From: Escherichia coli
GTDB taxonomy: Bacteria > Pseudomonadota > Gammaproteobacteria > Enterobacterales > Enterobacteriaceae
NCBI RefSeq assembly: GCF_003018255.1
Contig: NZ_CP027440.1
Length of the DNA stretch: 64,000 nt
Strand: one strand, 5' to 3'
The notes beneath the pieces are model-generated. The model had not been told where the DNA came from. It saw nothing but the letters and a program-made list of their open reading frames with translations, and searched no databases. Below are positions 29,646 through 43,537 of this stretch, one piece after another. A program made the position numbers and the translations under genes. The first letter of the stretch is position 1, and every line of letters starts with the position of its first letter.

Positions 29646-30425
29646 TATTCCCACCCAGAATAACCAACTTTATTTTTATGCGGTCTCACCGCACCCCGTG
29701 ATGTCGCCGGGAAGCCCCGGTAAAAAATAATTAGCATTAGAATAGTTGCGATAAGCTGCAATAGGCAGAGCCCCTTTGTGGGATTTAATAAGTCCTTACA
29801 AATAGAAGGGGTTCTTTACACTTATCTAAGATTTTTCCTAAATCGACGCAACTTTACTCGTCACTACACGCACATACAACGGAGGGGGGCTGCGATTTTC
29901 AATAATGTGTGATGCAGATCACACAAAACGCTCAATTACTTAACATAAATGTATAAGTCATACTTTTGTTTTGGGTGTATTTCAATCTGTTAAAAAGTTT
30001 TTCGCGACGCTAGCAAGCAAAAATGAAACAGGAATAATAGAAATGGGATGTTGCGCACAGTTAAAATAACTCACCGTAAATAATCATCTGCTATAAATAA
30101 TTGCTTTAATGCAATACCAGATAAGCTATTTTTAAACAGACACTTACTGCACAACAAACTAATTAAATACAAAGAAAGGCAACAATCAACTTAATGTTGA
30201 TAAAATGTTTTACATATATTAACCACTTGTTTAATATGGAGAATCAGTACATTATTTTCTTATAATTACAGTTGAAATCATATGATCACCGAGAGTGATT
30301 GATTAATTGTATTTACTAATAATCACGCTAATATTTACCTGTTTGACTGAGTTGGGATTGCGTCGTTTCTCCATTAGGAGTAAAGCTTTAATGTCACCTG
30401 AAGTTCACAGAATAAGGAACAGGTT
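29646..30425. promoter_or_regulatory. flhDC promoter and long leader region, divergent from uspC
   Basis: About 780 bp AT-rich non-coding region between the divergent flhD and uspC starts; in E. coli it is known to carry the class 1 promoter, a long 5' UTR and many regulator binding sites; individual sites were not mapped here. Confidence 0.7.
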
Positions 30426-30854
30426 ATGAGCTATAGCAATATTCTTGTCGCTGTTGCGGTTACACCGGAAAGTCAGCAACTGCTGGCAAAAGCGGTATCT
30501 ATCGCCAGGCCAGTAAAGGGACACATCAGTTTAATTACTCTCGCTTCCGACCCGGAAATGTACAATCAATTAGCTGCGCCGATGCTTGAAGATTTACGCA
30601 GCGTGATGCAGGAAGAAACGCAAAGCTTTCTTGATAAGTTAATTCAGGATGCGGGGTATCCCGTTGACAAGACGTTTATTGCCTACGGTGAGTTAAGCGA
30701 ACATATTCTGGAAGTTTGTCGCAAATATCATTTCGATTTGGTGATTTGCGGTAATCACAATCACAGTTTCTTTTCGCGAGCATCCTGCTCGGCGAAAAGA
30801 GTGATTGCCTCAAGTGAGGTCGATGTGCTGTTAGTTCCACTTACGGGAGATTAA
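30426..30854 (+). CDS. uspC: Universal stress protein C
   Basis: 142 aa, MSYSNILVAVAVTPESQQLLAKAVSIARP, UspA-family fold. Confidence 0.93.
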   Translation: MSYSNILVAVAVTPESQQLLAKAVSIARPVKGHISLITLASDPEMYNQLAAPMLEDLRSVMQEETQSFLDKLIQDAGYPVDKTFIAYGELSEHILEVCRKYHFDLVICGNHNHSFFSRASCSAKRVIASSEVDVLLVPLTGD

Positions 30855-30860
30855 CCGCTC

Positions 30861-34216
<3,356 letters not shown>

Positions 34217-34227
34217 ACTCTCCTTAC

Positions 34228-35742
34228 TCAGGCAACTGCCTGGCTGACTTTAGGCATCGCAAGGCTCAGTGCCTGACGCTCATCTGCCTGCTCGTGTAAC
34301 AATTCACCGGCGATTTCGCCTTCCCGCATCACCACAATCCGGTCGGCAACGCCGAGGACTTCAGGTAAGTCGCTGGAGGCAAACAGCACCGCCACACCCT
34401 GCGCCGCCAGCGCATAAATTACGTTATATATTTCGTGCTTAGCACCAACATCAATGCCGCGCGTAGGTTCATCCAGCAAAATGACCTTCATCTCTTCCGA
34501 TAACCAGCGGCCCAGAATGGCTTTTTGCTGATTTCCGCCTGAGAGATTCATGATCAGTTGATCAGCGCCCGGCGTTTTGATGTTGAGCGAACGAATGTGG
34601 TGATCGGCATTGTTTTCTTCCCAACCGTTGTTGATTACACAACCGCCGAGCACATGTGTACGTCTGGCACTGATGTTGATATTGTCGCGAACGGAGTGCA
34701 CGGGAATAATGCCTTCCGCTTTGCGATCTTCCGGGCAGAGCATCATGCCTGCGGCAATGGCGTGGCTCGGTTTACGAATATCGATCGGCTGTTGGTCGAT
34801 ATAAACCTGACCGGCGGTGATTTGCGTCCCGCCAAACATGCCTTTCATTAATTCGCTACGCCCTGCCCCGACCAGACCAAACAGACCGACAATTTCACCA
34901 CTGCGAACCGCCAGACTTATTGGCGTACGTACGCCTGGTGCTTTCACAGCATCAAGACGCAGCCGCTCCTCGCCATAACTACGCGGTTGCCAGCCGTAGA
35001 TATCGCCAATGTCTCGCCCGACCATCGCCTGCACCAGTGCGTCGTGGTCAACCTGCTGCATATCGGTAAAGGTTTTGACATAACGCCCATCTTTAAAGAC
35101 GGTGATGGCATCGCTGAGGGCAAATATTTCTTCCATACGGTGAGAAACGTATAAGATCACCCGCCCCTCTTTTCGCAGTTCACGAATAACGCGGAAAAGA
35201 TTGTCGATTTCGCGGGCAGAGAGGGAGCTGGTTGGCTCATCAAAGGCGATAATTTTGGCGTTACGCGCCAGCGCTTTGGCGATTTCAACCATCTGCCACT
35301 GACCAATGGAGAGATATTTCAGCGGCGTGTCCGGGTCAATATCCATACCAAGATGTTTAAGTTGTAAACCCGCCTCATAATTCAGCAATGAGCGATTCAC
35401 AATGCCGCCTTTATGCGGCAGCTGGCCGAGATAGATGTTTTCCGCGACGGTCATTTCCGGCACGAGATGCAGTTCCTGGTAAATAATCGCCACCCCCGCG
35501 TTAAGTGCTGCGGTCGTGTCGGAAAAGGACATTTCCTGCCCATTAATCACTACAGAACCCGTGGTTGGCGCATAGTTGCCGCTGAGGATTTTTAAGAGAG
35601 TTGATTTTCCTGCGCCATTTTCACCCATCAACGCATGAACCTGACCGGCATAGCAATCAAAACTAATATCCGTCAGCGCCTTAACGCCGGGAAACGTTTT
35701 ACCGATGCCGCGAAATGAGAGATACGGGGTAGACTGTTGCAT
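34228..35742 (-). CDS. araG: L-arabinose ABC transporter ATP-binding protein (tandem ABC domains)
   Basis: ORF 34228-35787; start placed at [17 protein letters not shown] (504 aa); two Walker A motifs ([18 protein letters not shown]). Confidence 0.96.
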   Translation of the reverse strand: MQQSTPYLSFRGIGKTFPGVKALTDISFDCYAGQVHALMGENGAGKSTLLKILSGNYAPTTGSVVINGQEMSFSDTTAALNAGVAIIYQELHLVPEMTVAENIYLGQLPHKGGIVNRSLLNYEAGLQLKHLGMDIDPDTPLKYLSIGQWQMVEIAKALARNAKIIAFDEPTSSLSAREIDNLFRVIRELRKEGRVILYVSHRMEEIFALSDAITVFKDGRYVKTFTDMQQVDHDALVQAMVGRDIGDIYGWQPRSYGEERLRLDAVKAPGVRTPISLAVRSGEIVGLFGLVGAGRSELMKGMFGGTQITAGQVYIDQQPIDIRKPSHAIAAGMMLCPEDRKAEGIIPVHSVRDNINISARRTHVLGGCVINNGWEENNADHHIRSLNIKTPGADQLIMNLSGGNQQKAILGRWLSEEMKVILLDEPTRGIDVGAKHEIYNVIYALAAQGVAVLFASSDLPEVLGVADRIVVMREGEIAGELLHEQADERQALSLAMPKVSQAVA

Positions 35743-35811
35743 AACGTCTCCGTGAATCACTGGTCGTTCACACCCCCTCTGCATCATGCAGAGGGGAATT
35801 TTTCCGGCAAA

Positions 35812-36801
35812 TTACTTACCGCCTAAACCTTTTTTCTCCAGTTCTTCTTTAAAGTTGTCACGCGTGATCAATACCACGTCGGTAACTTCGGTAAATTTTG
35901 GCGGTTCAACGTCTTTTGCTACCCAGTTGTAAAGCATTTCGCTGGATTTATAGCCATGTACGTCCGGGCTTGGCAGCAGGGAACCGTAGAAGCCGGTTGC
36001 CTGTGCCTTAGACAGTTCGCTCACCGCATCCACACCGTTAATACCGATACCGATGATATCGGCCGCTTTAAAGCCCTGACCTTCCGTCGCGCGTACGCCG
36101 CCAAGTACGGTGCTGTCGTTCATACCGACGATCAGCCAATGTTTAACTTCCGGATGTTGAACCAGCATTGAGTTGGCAGCGTCAAATGCCCCCGGGATGT
36201 CGTTAGATTTGGTAGGTACCTGATAAATTTGTTTTTCCGGGAATCCTGCAGCTTTCAGCGCATCCATAGACCCCGTAGTACGGCGACGAGCCGTATCCAG
36301 TTCGTTGGCGGTAATCGCCATCACCGCGCTTTCTTTGACATCCCAGCCACGTTTCTGCATCTCTTTATACAGTTCCTGGCCCTGACGTTCGCCAATTTTG
36401 GTCGCTGCCATCATCACCAGCGGAACGGTATCCATTGGCTTGCCTTTGGCGTTAACAAACTGGTCATCCACGGCAATGACTTTCATATCGTAGCCACGCG
36501 CTTTCGCCACGATGGCAGAGCCGAGTTTCGGGTCCGGAGTACAAATAACGAAACCTTTTGCGCCACTGGCAGCCAGGCTGTCGATCGCGTTCAATGTTTT
36601 TTCGCCATCCGGCACGGCAATCTTAATAACTTCAAACCCTAAATCCTTCCCAGCTTTATCGGCAAACTTCCATTCGGTCTGGAACCACGGCTCTTCCGGT
36701 TGCTTCACCAGGAAACCGAGCTTCAGGTTCTCCGCCATAGCGGATTGTGACATAACGGCTGCCAGACCAATGGCTGCCAGGGCTTTAGTAAATTTGTGCA
36801 T
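35812..36801 (-). CDS. araF: L-arabinose periplasmic binding protein
   Basis: ORF 35812-36852; start placed at MHKFTKALAAIGLAAVMSQSAMAENLKLGF (329 aa) with signal peptide. Confidence 0.96.
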   Translation of the reverse strand: MHKFTKALAAIGLAAVMSQSAMAENLKLGFLVKQPEEPWFQTEWKFADKAGKDLGFEVIKIAVPDGEKTLNAIDSLAASGAKGFVICTPDPKLGSAIVAKARGYDMKVIAVDDQFVNAKGKPMDTVPLVMMAATKIGERQGQELYKEMQKRGWDVKESAVMAITANELDTARRRTTGSMDALKAAGFPEKQIYQVPTKSNDIPGAFDAANSMLVQHPEVKHWLIVGMNDSTVLGGVRATEGQGFKAADIIGIGINGVDAVSELSKAQATGFYGSLLPSPDVHGYKSSEMLYNWVAKDVEPPKFTEVTDVVLITRDNFKEELEKKGLGGK

Positions 36802-37597
36802 GGTTCTCTCCAGCTTTAGTGTCGTTTTGTGTAGGGCAAAAACGAATGACATTCGTTAAATTAATCGGAAAACAAAGCATTACCTTTTAACTAAAAGATA
36901 AGTGACTGTGTTGACATAGTTTTAGCGAGAAATTAATTCTCCATAGGAGAGCAATATCACATCGCAGAATTACAGTGAGAACGTGCATAAATTTAGCGGG
37001 AAAAGACATAAGGGAAAGCCAATTTGTCAGACAAATTGTCGAATGCACAGCAGATTAATCCATAAGATTAGCCTGGAAATCCTTGTTGTCTTTGGTACCC
37101 ATGCGGGATGTCTTCTTTTTAACCAGTCAATAGGCCGCATTACCTGGCGTTGAGTTTTTGAAATGGTGTAATAACCACAACTCAAAGATGTGGAAAATGC
37201 GCGTCATTCATTTCGCCATTAATTATCACTGTGCTCATTAATTAACAGAACACGTATAATGAGAGCCATCTCGCAAAAATGAAAAAACGTTTTATAAAAT
37301 CATTGCTTCATCATGAATTCAAACCCACCTATTAATATCAACAAGATACAAAAAGCATCATCATTAAAATTCATTGCAGTTACATTGATTTCATCAATGA
37401 AATGTAAAAATATATAAACTTGATGATTTAAGCATTTTCTTATACCCGTTCAGACGTTATTCTTATTTCAGATCATCGTCAGAATTGACTCCACGATCAC
37501 ATTTCGGACCGGCAGAAAGGAATTATTCTGCAAACAGTAATTATGGTGTTTTGATTTATCTTGCACCTTTCCACTTCTGGATATAAGGATATTAGGT

Positions 37598-38101
37598 ATG
37601 GCAACCGCTGGAATGCTTCTCAAACTCAACTCTCAAATGAACCGCGAGTTTTACGCATCCAATCTCTACCTTCACCTGAGTAACTGGTGTTCTGAACAGA
37701 GTCTGAACGGCACCGCCACTTTCCTTCGCGCCCAGGCACAGAGTAATGTGACCCAAATGATGCGCATGTTTAACTTTATGAAGAGTGTCGGCGCTACCCC
37801 AATCGTTAAAGCCATTGATGTTCCCGGTGAAAAACTGAACTCTCTGGAAGAACTGTTCCAAAAAACGATGGAAGAATACGAGCAACGTTCAAGCACGCTG
37901 GCGCAGTTAGCCGATGAAGCGAAAGAACTGAATGATGATTCAACCGTCAATTTCCTGCGCGATCTGGAAAAAGAACAGCAGCATGATGGCCTGTTGCTGC
38001 AAACCATTCTTGATGAAGTGCGCAGTGCGAAACTTGCGGGTATGTGCCCTGTGCAGACCGACCAACATGTTCTGAATGTCGTGTCGCATCAGCTGCATTG
38101 A
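37598..38101 (+). CDS. ftnB: Ferritin-like protein FtnB
   Basis: 167 aa ferritin-fold protein, paralogous to ftnA found 1.3 kb downstream. Confidence 0.9.
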   Translation: MATAGMLLKLNSQMNREFYASNLYLHLSNWCSEQSLNGTATFLRAQAQSNVTQMMRMFNFMKSVGATPIVKAIDVPGEKLNSLEELFQKTMEEYEQRSSTLAQLADEAKELNDDSTVNFLRDLEKEQQHDGLLLQTILDEVRSAKLAGMCPVQTDQHVLNVVSHQLH

Positions 38102-38180
38102 TCATACATCGGCGCTAATGCATTGCGCCGATGAAGTTTTTGAGAAACCGCTGCCTCATCTTTTTGAAGCAGCGGTTTTT

Positions 38181-38432
38181 TTAATGGGATTCGCCCTGTG
38201 GGGTAAACTTGAGTTCAATCAGCGCGATGGCTTTTTGGATTGCCCGCATGGTGACCGGGTCTGCGGCGGCGGGATGGTTAGTAAAGTCGATATTCTTCAG
38301 CTGGCTGGACATTTTTTCACGAACTTCAACGGGCGCGATTACATCGAGAACATCCAGAATTTGTTTGATAACCAACTGGCAAGCAACCACATCAGAAACC
38401 AGTTCCTGATCGGCATTCAGCGGCTGGGACAT
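38181..38432 (-). CDS. yecJ: DUF2766-family protein YecJ
   Basis: 83 aa ORF in the conserved ftnB-yecJ-azuC-yecR neighbourhood. Confidence 0.8.
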
Positions 38433-38517
38433 CGTAAACTCCTGATAGCATTTTGAAAGCCGTTATAGTAGCGGCTTCACATCTTCAGCGATAGTCACAT
38501 CCACCGTCATCAGGACA

Positions 38518-38546
38518 CAAAAAAACCTGCCGGAGCAGGTTTTTTG
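38518..38546 (-). terminator. Rho-independent terminator downstream of azuC
   Basis: Stem acctgc (38525-38530) / gcaggt (38535-38540) with A-run before and T-run after; immediately 3' of the azuC stop on the minus strand. Confidence 0.8.
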
Positions 38547-38633
38547 TTATCGGAACATATTGCCTGGCGGTACGTCTTTGAACGTCTTGCAATAGTTATT
38601 GAACATACTTTTCAGGATTTTGCGCAGTTTCAT
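38547..38633 (-). CDS. azuC: Small protein AzuC (28 aa); its mRNA is also the dual-function sRNA AzuCR/IsrB
   Basis: Minus-strand reading ATG(38633-38631)...TAA(38549-38547) translates MKLRKILKSMFNNYCKTFKDVPPGNMFR; absent from the ORF track because it is below the length cutoff. Confidence 0.85.
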   Translation of the reverse strand: MKLRKILKSMFNNYCKTFKDVPPGNMFR

Positions 38634-38895
38634 CGCGGCACTCCAACCATTTGTTATACATGTGTTATTGTCTTTGCGCTTATAATATGACAACCATCAC
38701 AAAAATCAATCTTTATGTGATGTAAATCACATAAATACCCCTTTAATGTTATAAAAATGATAATCAAAAAGCAGCTACCCCATTTCTGACACCTACAGAT
38801 GGCGAGAAATAGCGCCTGCCAGGCGTCTTTTCCGGCCATTGTCGCAGCGCTGTAACGCGTAAAATAGTGCTTTCTTTTACTCTTCTGGCTGGACC

Positions 38896-39219
38896 ATGAG
38901 ACTTCTGATTCTGACTCTTTCATTAATAACGCTGGCGGGGTGTACGGTTACTCGCCAGGCCCATGTGAGCGAAGTTGACGCGGCAACAGGTATTGTACGG
39001 TTGGTTTATGACCAGGCTTTTTTGCAGCATGCCTATACCGATCGTTATGTCAGTCGCGGGATCGCCGATCGCGCATGCCAGCAGGAAGGCTATACCCACG
39101 CTATCCCCTTTGGTCAGCCAGTAGGCAACTGTAGCCTCTTTGCGGGTTCCTTATGTTTGAATACGGAATTCACTTTGTCATATCAGTGCCATCATTCCGC
39201 CTTCCCTGTCTTTCTCTAA
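38896..39219 (+). CDS. yecR: Lipoprotein YecR (flagellar-regulon member)
   Basis: 107 aa with lipobox MRLLILTLSLITLAGC. Confidence 0.88.
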   Translation: MRLLILTLSLITLAGCTVTRQAHVSEVDAATGIVRLVYDQAFLQHAYTDRYVSRGIADRACQQEGYTHAIPFGQPVGNCSLFAGSLCLNTEFTLSYQCHHSAFPVFL

Positions 39220-39390
39220 ATGTTTTAATCAGCGAGGGGGATCTTCGCTGATTAAATAAATAGCGGTAATGCGTTTTATTCCCATTCGTATTTTTAATAA
39301 ATGAAGTTTATATTTTACCTTTTGCAAATAATAAAATAACAAATTATAGTGACGCCACAGCAACAAATATAACCTTTGTGGAGCACTATC

Positions 39391-39888
39391 ATGCTGAAAC
39401 CAGAAATGATTGAAAAACTTAATGAGCAGATGAACCTGGAACTGTACTCTTCACTGCTTTATCAGCAAATGAGCGCCTGGTGCAGCTATCATACCTTCGA
39501 AGGTGCTGCCGCGTTCCTGCGCCGTCACGCCCAGGAAGAGATGACGCATATGCAGCGTCTGTTTGATTATCTGACTGATACCGGCAACTTACCGCGTATT
39601 AATACCGTTGAATCTCCGTTTGCTGAATATTCCTCACTTGATGAATTATTCCAGGAAACCTATAAACACGAACAATTAATCACGCAGAAAATTAACGAAC
39701 TGGCTCATGCTGCAATGACCAATCAGGATTACCCAACATTTAATTTCCTGCAATGGTATGTTTCTGAGCAACATGAAGAAGAGAAACTGTTCAAATCGAT
39801 TATTGATAAATTAAGTCTGGCAGGCAAAAGCGGCGAAGGTTTGTATTTTATCGACAAAGAACTCTCTACCCTCGACACACAAAACTAA
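39391..39888 (+). CDS. ftnA: Ferritin A (iron storage)
   Basis: ORF 39376-39888; start placed at [30 protein letters not shown] (165 aa); ferroxidase-centre Glu/His residues present. Confidence 0.96.
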
Positions 39889-39925
39889 TGTTCTCCGGCG
39901 GCAGGTTTACTGCCGCCGTTTCAAA

Positions 39926-40165
39926 TCAGTGACGGCAAATCTTACTCTGATCGGTCGAAAAACCTTCTTCCGAAGGTATAAATTTGCCTTTTGCTGCCAG
40001 AAACGCCACCAACTCTCCCGCAGTCATCCCTTCTGCCGAGCAGGTGCGAAAACGTGCCTGTTCACCAAAACGCGCTTTAATTGCTGCTTCCAGACTGGCA
40101 TGCGTATATTGCTCGCCTGATTCAATCATCATATTTAACACTTCATGACCGTGAATAGAGTCCAT
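39926..40165 (-). CDS. yecH: DUF2492-family protein YecH
   Basis: 79 aa ORF between ftnA and tyrP, conserved order. Confidence 0.8.
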   Translation of the reverse strand: MDSIHGHEVLNMMIESGEQYTHASLEAAIKARFGEQARFRTCSAEGMTAGELVAFLAAKGKFIPSEEGFSTDQSKICRH

Positions 40166-40246
40166 CGTTCCTCCTCAAAAAAAGCCTAGCGTAGCGATTG
40201 CCGCTTATGAAGACTTTGCGCCAGCGCAGAACTGAACGCTTTTTAT

Positions 40247-40264
40247 TGTACATTTATATTTACA
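40247..40264. promoter_or_regulatory. TyrR box upstream of tyrP
   Basis: TGTACATTTATATTTACA matches the TyrR box consensus TGTAAA-N6-TTTACA; about 90 bp upstream of the tyrP start. Confidence 0.75.
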
Positions 40265-40355
40265 CCATATGTAACGCCGGTTTGACGAATCAGCCGTTAT
40301 GCCTTAACCTGCGCCGCAGATATCACTCATAAAGATCGTCAGGACAGAAGAAAGC

Positions 40356-41567
40356 GTGAAAAACAGAACTCTGGGAAGTGTTTTTATCGTGGCGGGAACC
40401 ACAATTGGCGCAGGCATGCTGGCAATGCCGCTGGCTGCGGCAGGTGTTGGTTTTAGCGTCACGTTAATCTTGTTGATTGGGCTTTGGGCGTTGATGTGCT
40501 ACACGGCGCTATTACTACTGGAGGTGTACCAGCATGTCCCGGCAGATACCGGTCTGGGCACGCTGGCAAAACGCTATCTAGGACGCTACGGTCAGTGGCT
40601 GACGGGCTTCAGTATGATGTTCTTAATGTATGCTCTGACTGCGGCATACATCAGCGGTGCCGGTGAATTGTTGGCCTCCAGCATCAGCGACTGGACAGGT
40701 ATTTCAATGTCGGCAACCGCTGGCGTGCTGTTGTTCACTTTTGTTGCCGGTGGCGTGGTTTGTGTCGGGACATCGCTGGTCGATTTATTTAACCGTTTTC
40801 TGTTCAGCGCCAAAATTATTTTTCTGGTGGTGATGCTGGTATTGCTGCTACCGCATATTCACAAAGTGAATCTTTTAACCCTGCCGTTGCAACAGGGACT
40901 GGCACTGTCTGCAATCCCGGTGATTTTTACGTCGTTTGGTTTTCACGGTAGCGTGCCGAGTATTGTCAGCTATATGGATGGCAACATTCGTAAGCTACGC
41001 TGGGTGTTTATAATCGGTAGTGCGATCCCCCTGGTGGCATATATTTTCTGGCAGCTGGCGACCCTTGGCAGCATTGATTCAACAACCTTTATGGGATTGC
41101 TGGCTAATCATGCCGGATTAAACGGGCTGTTACAGGCGTTACGCGAAATGGTGGCCTCTCCGCATGTTGAGCTGGCAGTGCATTTATTTGCTGATTTAGC
41201 CCTCGCCACGTCCTTCCTCGGCGTAGCGTTAGGCTTATTTGATTATCTGGCAGATTTGTTTCAGCGTTCAAATACCGTTGGTGGACGATTGCAAACTGGT
41301 GCAATTACCTTTCTGCCGCCACTGGCGTTTGCACTGTTTTATCCACGAGGATTTGTGATGGCGCTGGGTTACGCCGGTGTGGCGCTGGCGGTACTGGCAT
41401 TGATTATCCCTTCGCTGTTGACCTGGCAAAGCAGGAAGCACAATCCTCAGGCGGGTTACCGGGTGAAAGGTGGTCGTCCGGCGCTGGTGGTGGTGTTTCT
41501 CTGTGGTATTGCTGTGATTGGCGTGCAATTTTTGATTGCGGCAGGCTTGTTACCAGAAGTGGGGTGA
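40356..41567 (+). CDS. tyrP: Tyrosine-specific transporter
   Basis: 403 aa, GTG start, polytopic membrane protein of the HAAAP family ([30 protein letters not shown]). Confidence 0.95.
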   Translation: MKNRTLGSVFIVAGTTIGAGMLAMPLAAAGVGFSVTLILLIGLWALMCYTALLLLEVYQHVPADTGLGTLAKRYLGRYGQWLTGFSMMFLMYALTAAYISGAGELLASSISDWTGISMSATAGVLLFTFVAGGVVCVGTSLVDLFNRFLFSAKIIFLVVMLVLLLPHIHKVNLLTLPLQQGLALSAIPVIFTSFGFHGSVPSIVSYMDGNIRKLRWVFIIGSAIPLVAYIFWQLATLGSIDSTTFMGLLANHAGLNGLLQALREMVASPHVELAVHLFADLALATSFLGVALGLFDYLADLFQRSNTVGGRLQTGAITFLPPLAFALFYPRGFVMALGYAGVALAVLALIIPSLLTWQSRKHNPQAGYRVKGGRPALVVVFLCGIAVIGVQFLIAAGLLPEVG

Positions 41568-41617
41568 TTAGATTCTTATTGGGTGCCAGAATTAACGCTG
41601 ACACCCAATTTGACCTC

Positions 41618-42283
41618 TTAATGCAGGCAGCACTGCTTAAATTTCTTACCACTACCGCACGGACAAGGATCGTTACGCCCCGGTTTCTCTTCTGCTTTGA
41701 TAGGTTGCTGAACAGCTTTTTCCTGCGGATGCGCCATCCAGTATGCATGTAAATCAAGCGCCGCCAGTCGAATAGCATCTACGCTCTCTTCAAACGCTTC
41801 TGGCGACATCTTCTCTACCCGCTCGAAGTTTTCCTCAGTACCGTGCAGCGCAATCGCATCCAGCGCTGGTTTTAACGAATCGGGCAACGTTGACCAGTCA
41901 GAAAGTGCCACGCCCCGCATATAGCCAAAGCACCACTCCTCAACAATCGTCAGCTCGCTGCCATCGACTTCTCGCAAGCCGAATAACGGCTCAAACTGCT
42001 CCGGGAATTCGTTCAGACGCTCTGCGGTATCAGCCATATGTTGAAAAGCCAGGTTCATAAAGCGCGTCATCTCTTTCTCTGACGCCCAGCGCGGCACATA
42101 GTCAGCCCCACCCCACACGGCAACCAGCCACTGTGCCGGTTCAATCTCTTGCGGAGAACTCAACACCGCCGTCAATAAACCGTCCAGCTCCGCCACATCA
42201 AGAATGGCGTGGTCAGTGTTGTATTTGGTCAGAATATCGTCCAGCCATTCCAACTCACTTTCGTTTAACGGTCCCGTTTTCAT
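41618..42283 (-). CDS. yecA: UPF0149 protein with C-terminal SEC-C metal-binding motif
   Basis: 221 aa ending in [17 protein letters not shown] (SEC-C zinc-binding motif). Confidence 0.9.
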   Translation of the reverse strand: MKTGPLNESELEWLDDILTKYNTDHAILDVAELDGLLTAVLSSPQEIEPAQWLVAVWGGADYVPRWASEKEMTRFMNLAFQHMADTAERLNEFPEQFEPLFGLREVDGSELTIVEEWCFGYMRGVALSDWSTLPDSLKPALDAIALHGTEENFERVEKMSPEAFEESVDAIRLAALDLHAYWMAHPQEKAVQQPIKAEEKPGRNDPCPCGSGKKFKQCCLH

Positions 42284-42411
42284 ACGCTTTTCCTTGTGGA
42301 TCTCAACTCGCCAGCACCTATCTTACATGCCGGTCCGTATCAGAGATACTTTTTGAGTGGCTTTGCCGGTGATTAAAAATTAAGGAGGGTGTAACGACAA
42401 GTTGCAGGCAC

Positions 42412-42435
42412 AAAAAAACCACCCGAAGGTGGTTT
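42412..42435 (-). terminator. Rho-independent terminator of the pgsA-glyW-cysT-leuZ transcription unit
   Basis: Stem aaaccacc (42416-42423) / ggtggttt (42428-42435), loop cgaa; the plus-strand A-run gives a T-run after the stem on the minus strand, 44 nt past the leuZ 3' end. Confidence 0.8.
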
Positions 42436-42478
42436 CACGACACTGCTTATTGCTTTGATTTTATTCTTATCTTTCCCA

Positions 42479-42565
42479 TGGTACCCGGAGCGGGACTTGA
42501 ACCCGCACAGCGCGAACGCCGAGGGATTTTAAATCCCTTGTGTCTACCGATTCCACCATCCGGGC
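42479..42565 (-). tRNA. leuZ: tRNA-Leu (anticodon UAA), including encoded 3' CCA
   Basis: Reverse complement is GCCCGGATGGTGGAATCGGTAGACACAAGGGATTTAAAATCCCTCGGCGTTCGCGCTGTGCGGGTTCAAGTCCCGCTCCGGGTACCA, a type II tRNA with long variable arm. Confidence 0.95.
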
Positions 42566-42577
42566 TCGGGAAGAAAG

Positions 42578-42651
42578 TGGAGGCGCGTTCCGGAGTCGAA
42601 CCGGACTAGACGGATTTGCAATCCGCTACATAACCGCTTTGTTAACGCGCC
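42578..42651 (-). tRNA. cysT: tRNA-Cys (anticodon GCA)
   Basis: Reverse complement is GGCGCGTTAACAAAGCGGTTATGTAGCGGATTGCAAATCCGTCTAGTCCGGTTCGACTCCGGAACGCGCCTCCA. Confidence 0.95.
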
Positions 42652-42705
42652 AAATTCTTCAGGCCTTTCAGCCAGACATCCGCTTGACGCCGATGTCTTT
42701 TAAAC

Positions 42706-42781
<76 letters not shown>

Positions 42782-42932
42782 ATTCATCAAGCAATCAGTT
42801 AATCACTTGATTTTATTATCGTCTGGCAATCAGTGCCGCCGTTCGATGCGTTGCATTCTACTTACCTGGCGCGATGAGTCAACGATATTTTTCACCACTT
42901 TTGATCGTTTGCTGAAAATTGCGCCGAAACGA

Positions 42933-43481
42933 TCACTGATCAAGCAAATCTGCACGCGCAGCGCTCAAATATTGCAACATTGACCACAGAGTCAGTACCG
43001 CAGCCACAAAGAAAAGTGCAATACCGGCGTACTCAACCCAAATGTTCGGACGCCACAGCAGCCAGGCCAGCGCCACCATCTGGGCAGTGGTTTTCACTTT
43101 CCCAATCCAGGAGACAGCCACGCTACTGCGTTTACCCAACTCCGCCATCCATTCGCGTAACGCAGAAATAATAATTTCACGGGCGATCATCGTTGCTGCC
43201 GGTAAGGTCACCCACCAGCTGTGATAATGCTCGGTTACCAGCACCATGGCGATAGCCACGAGAACTTTATCTGCTACAGGGTCAAGGAAAGCACCAAACC
43301 GGGTACTCTGGTTCCAGCGGCGTGCCAGAAAACCATCGAACCAGTCAGTCACCGCCGCGACGCAGAAAATGAGCGCGGCGGCAAACGGCGACCAGGTGAC
43401 AGGCAGATAAAAGACCAATACAAAGAATGGGATAAGGATGACACGGAACAGTGTAAGCAACGTAGGGATATTAAATTGCAT
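42933..43481 (-). CDS. pgsA: CDP-diacylglycerol--glycerol-3-phosphate 3-phosphatidyltransferase
   Basis: 182 aa, [30 protein letters not shown]-alcohol phosphatidyltransferase motif (DGFLARR). Confidence 0.96.
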
Positions 43482-43537
43482 AATGACGGGTAACTATCTG
43501 TTGTCAGTAAGATTACCCCTATGTTGCTACAGAGACA

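Noticed and set aside
38654-38923. 89 aa ORF on the minus strand
   Set aside because: Overlaps the yecR start and its promoter region on the opposite strand, is Cys/His-rich with no SD, and lies in AT-rich intergenic DNA; judged spurious.
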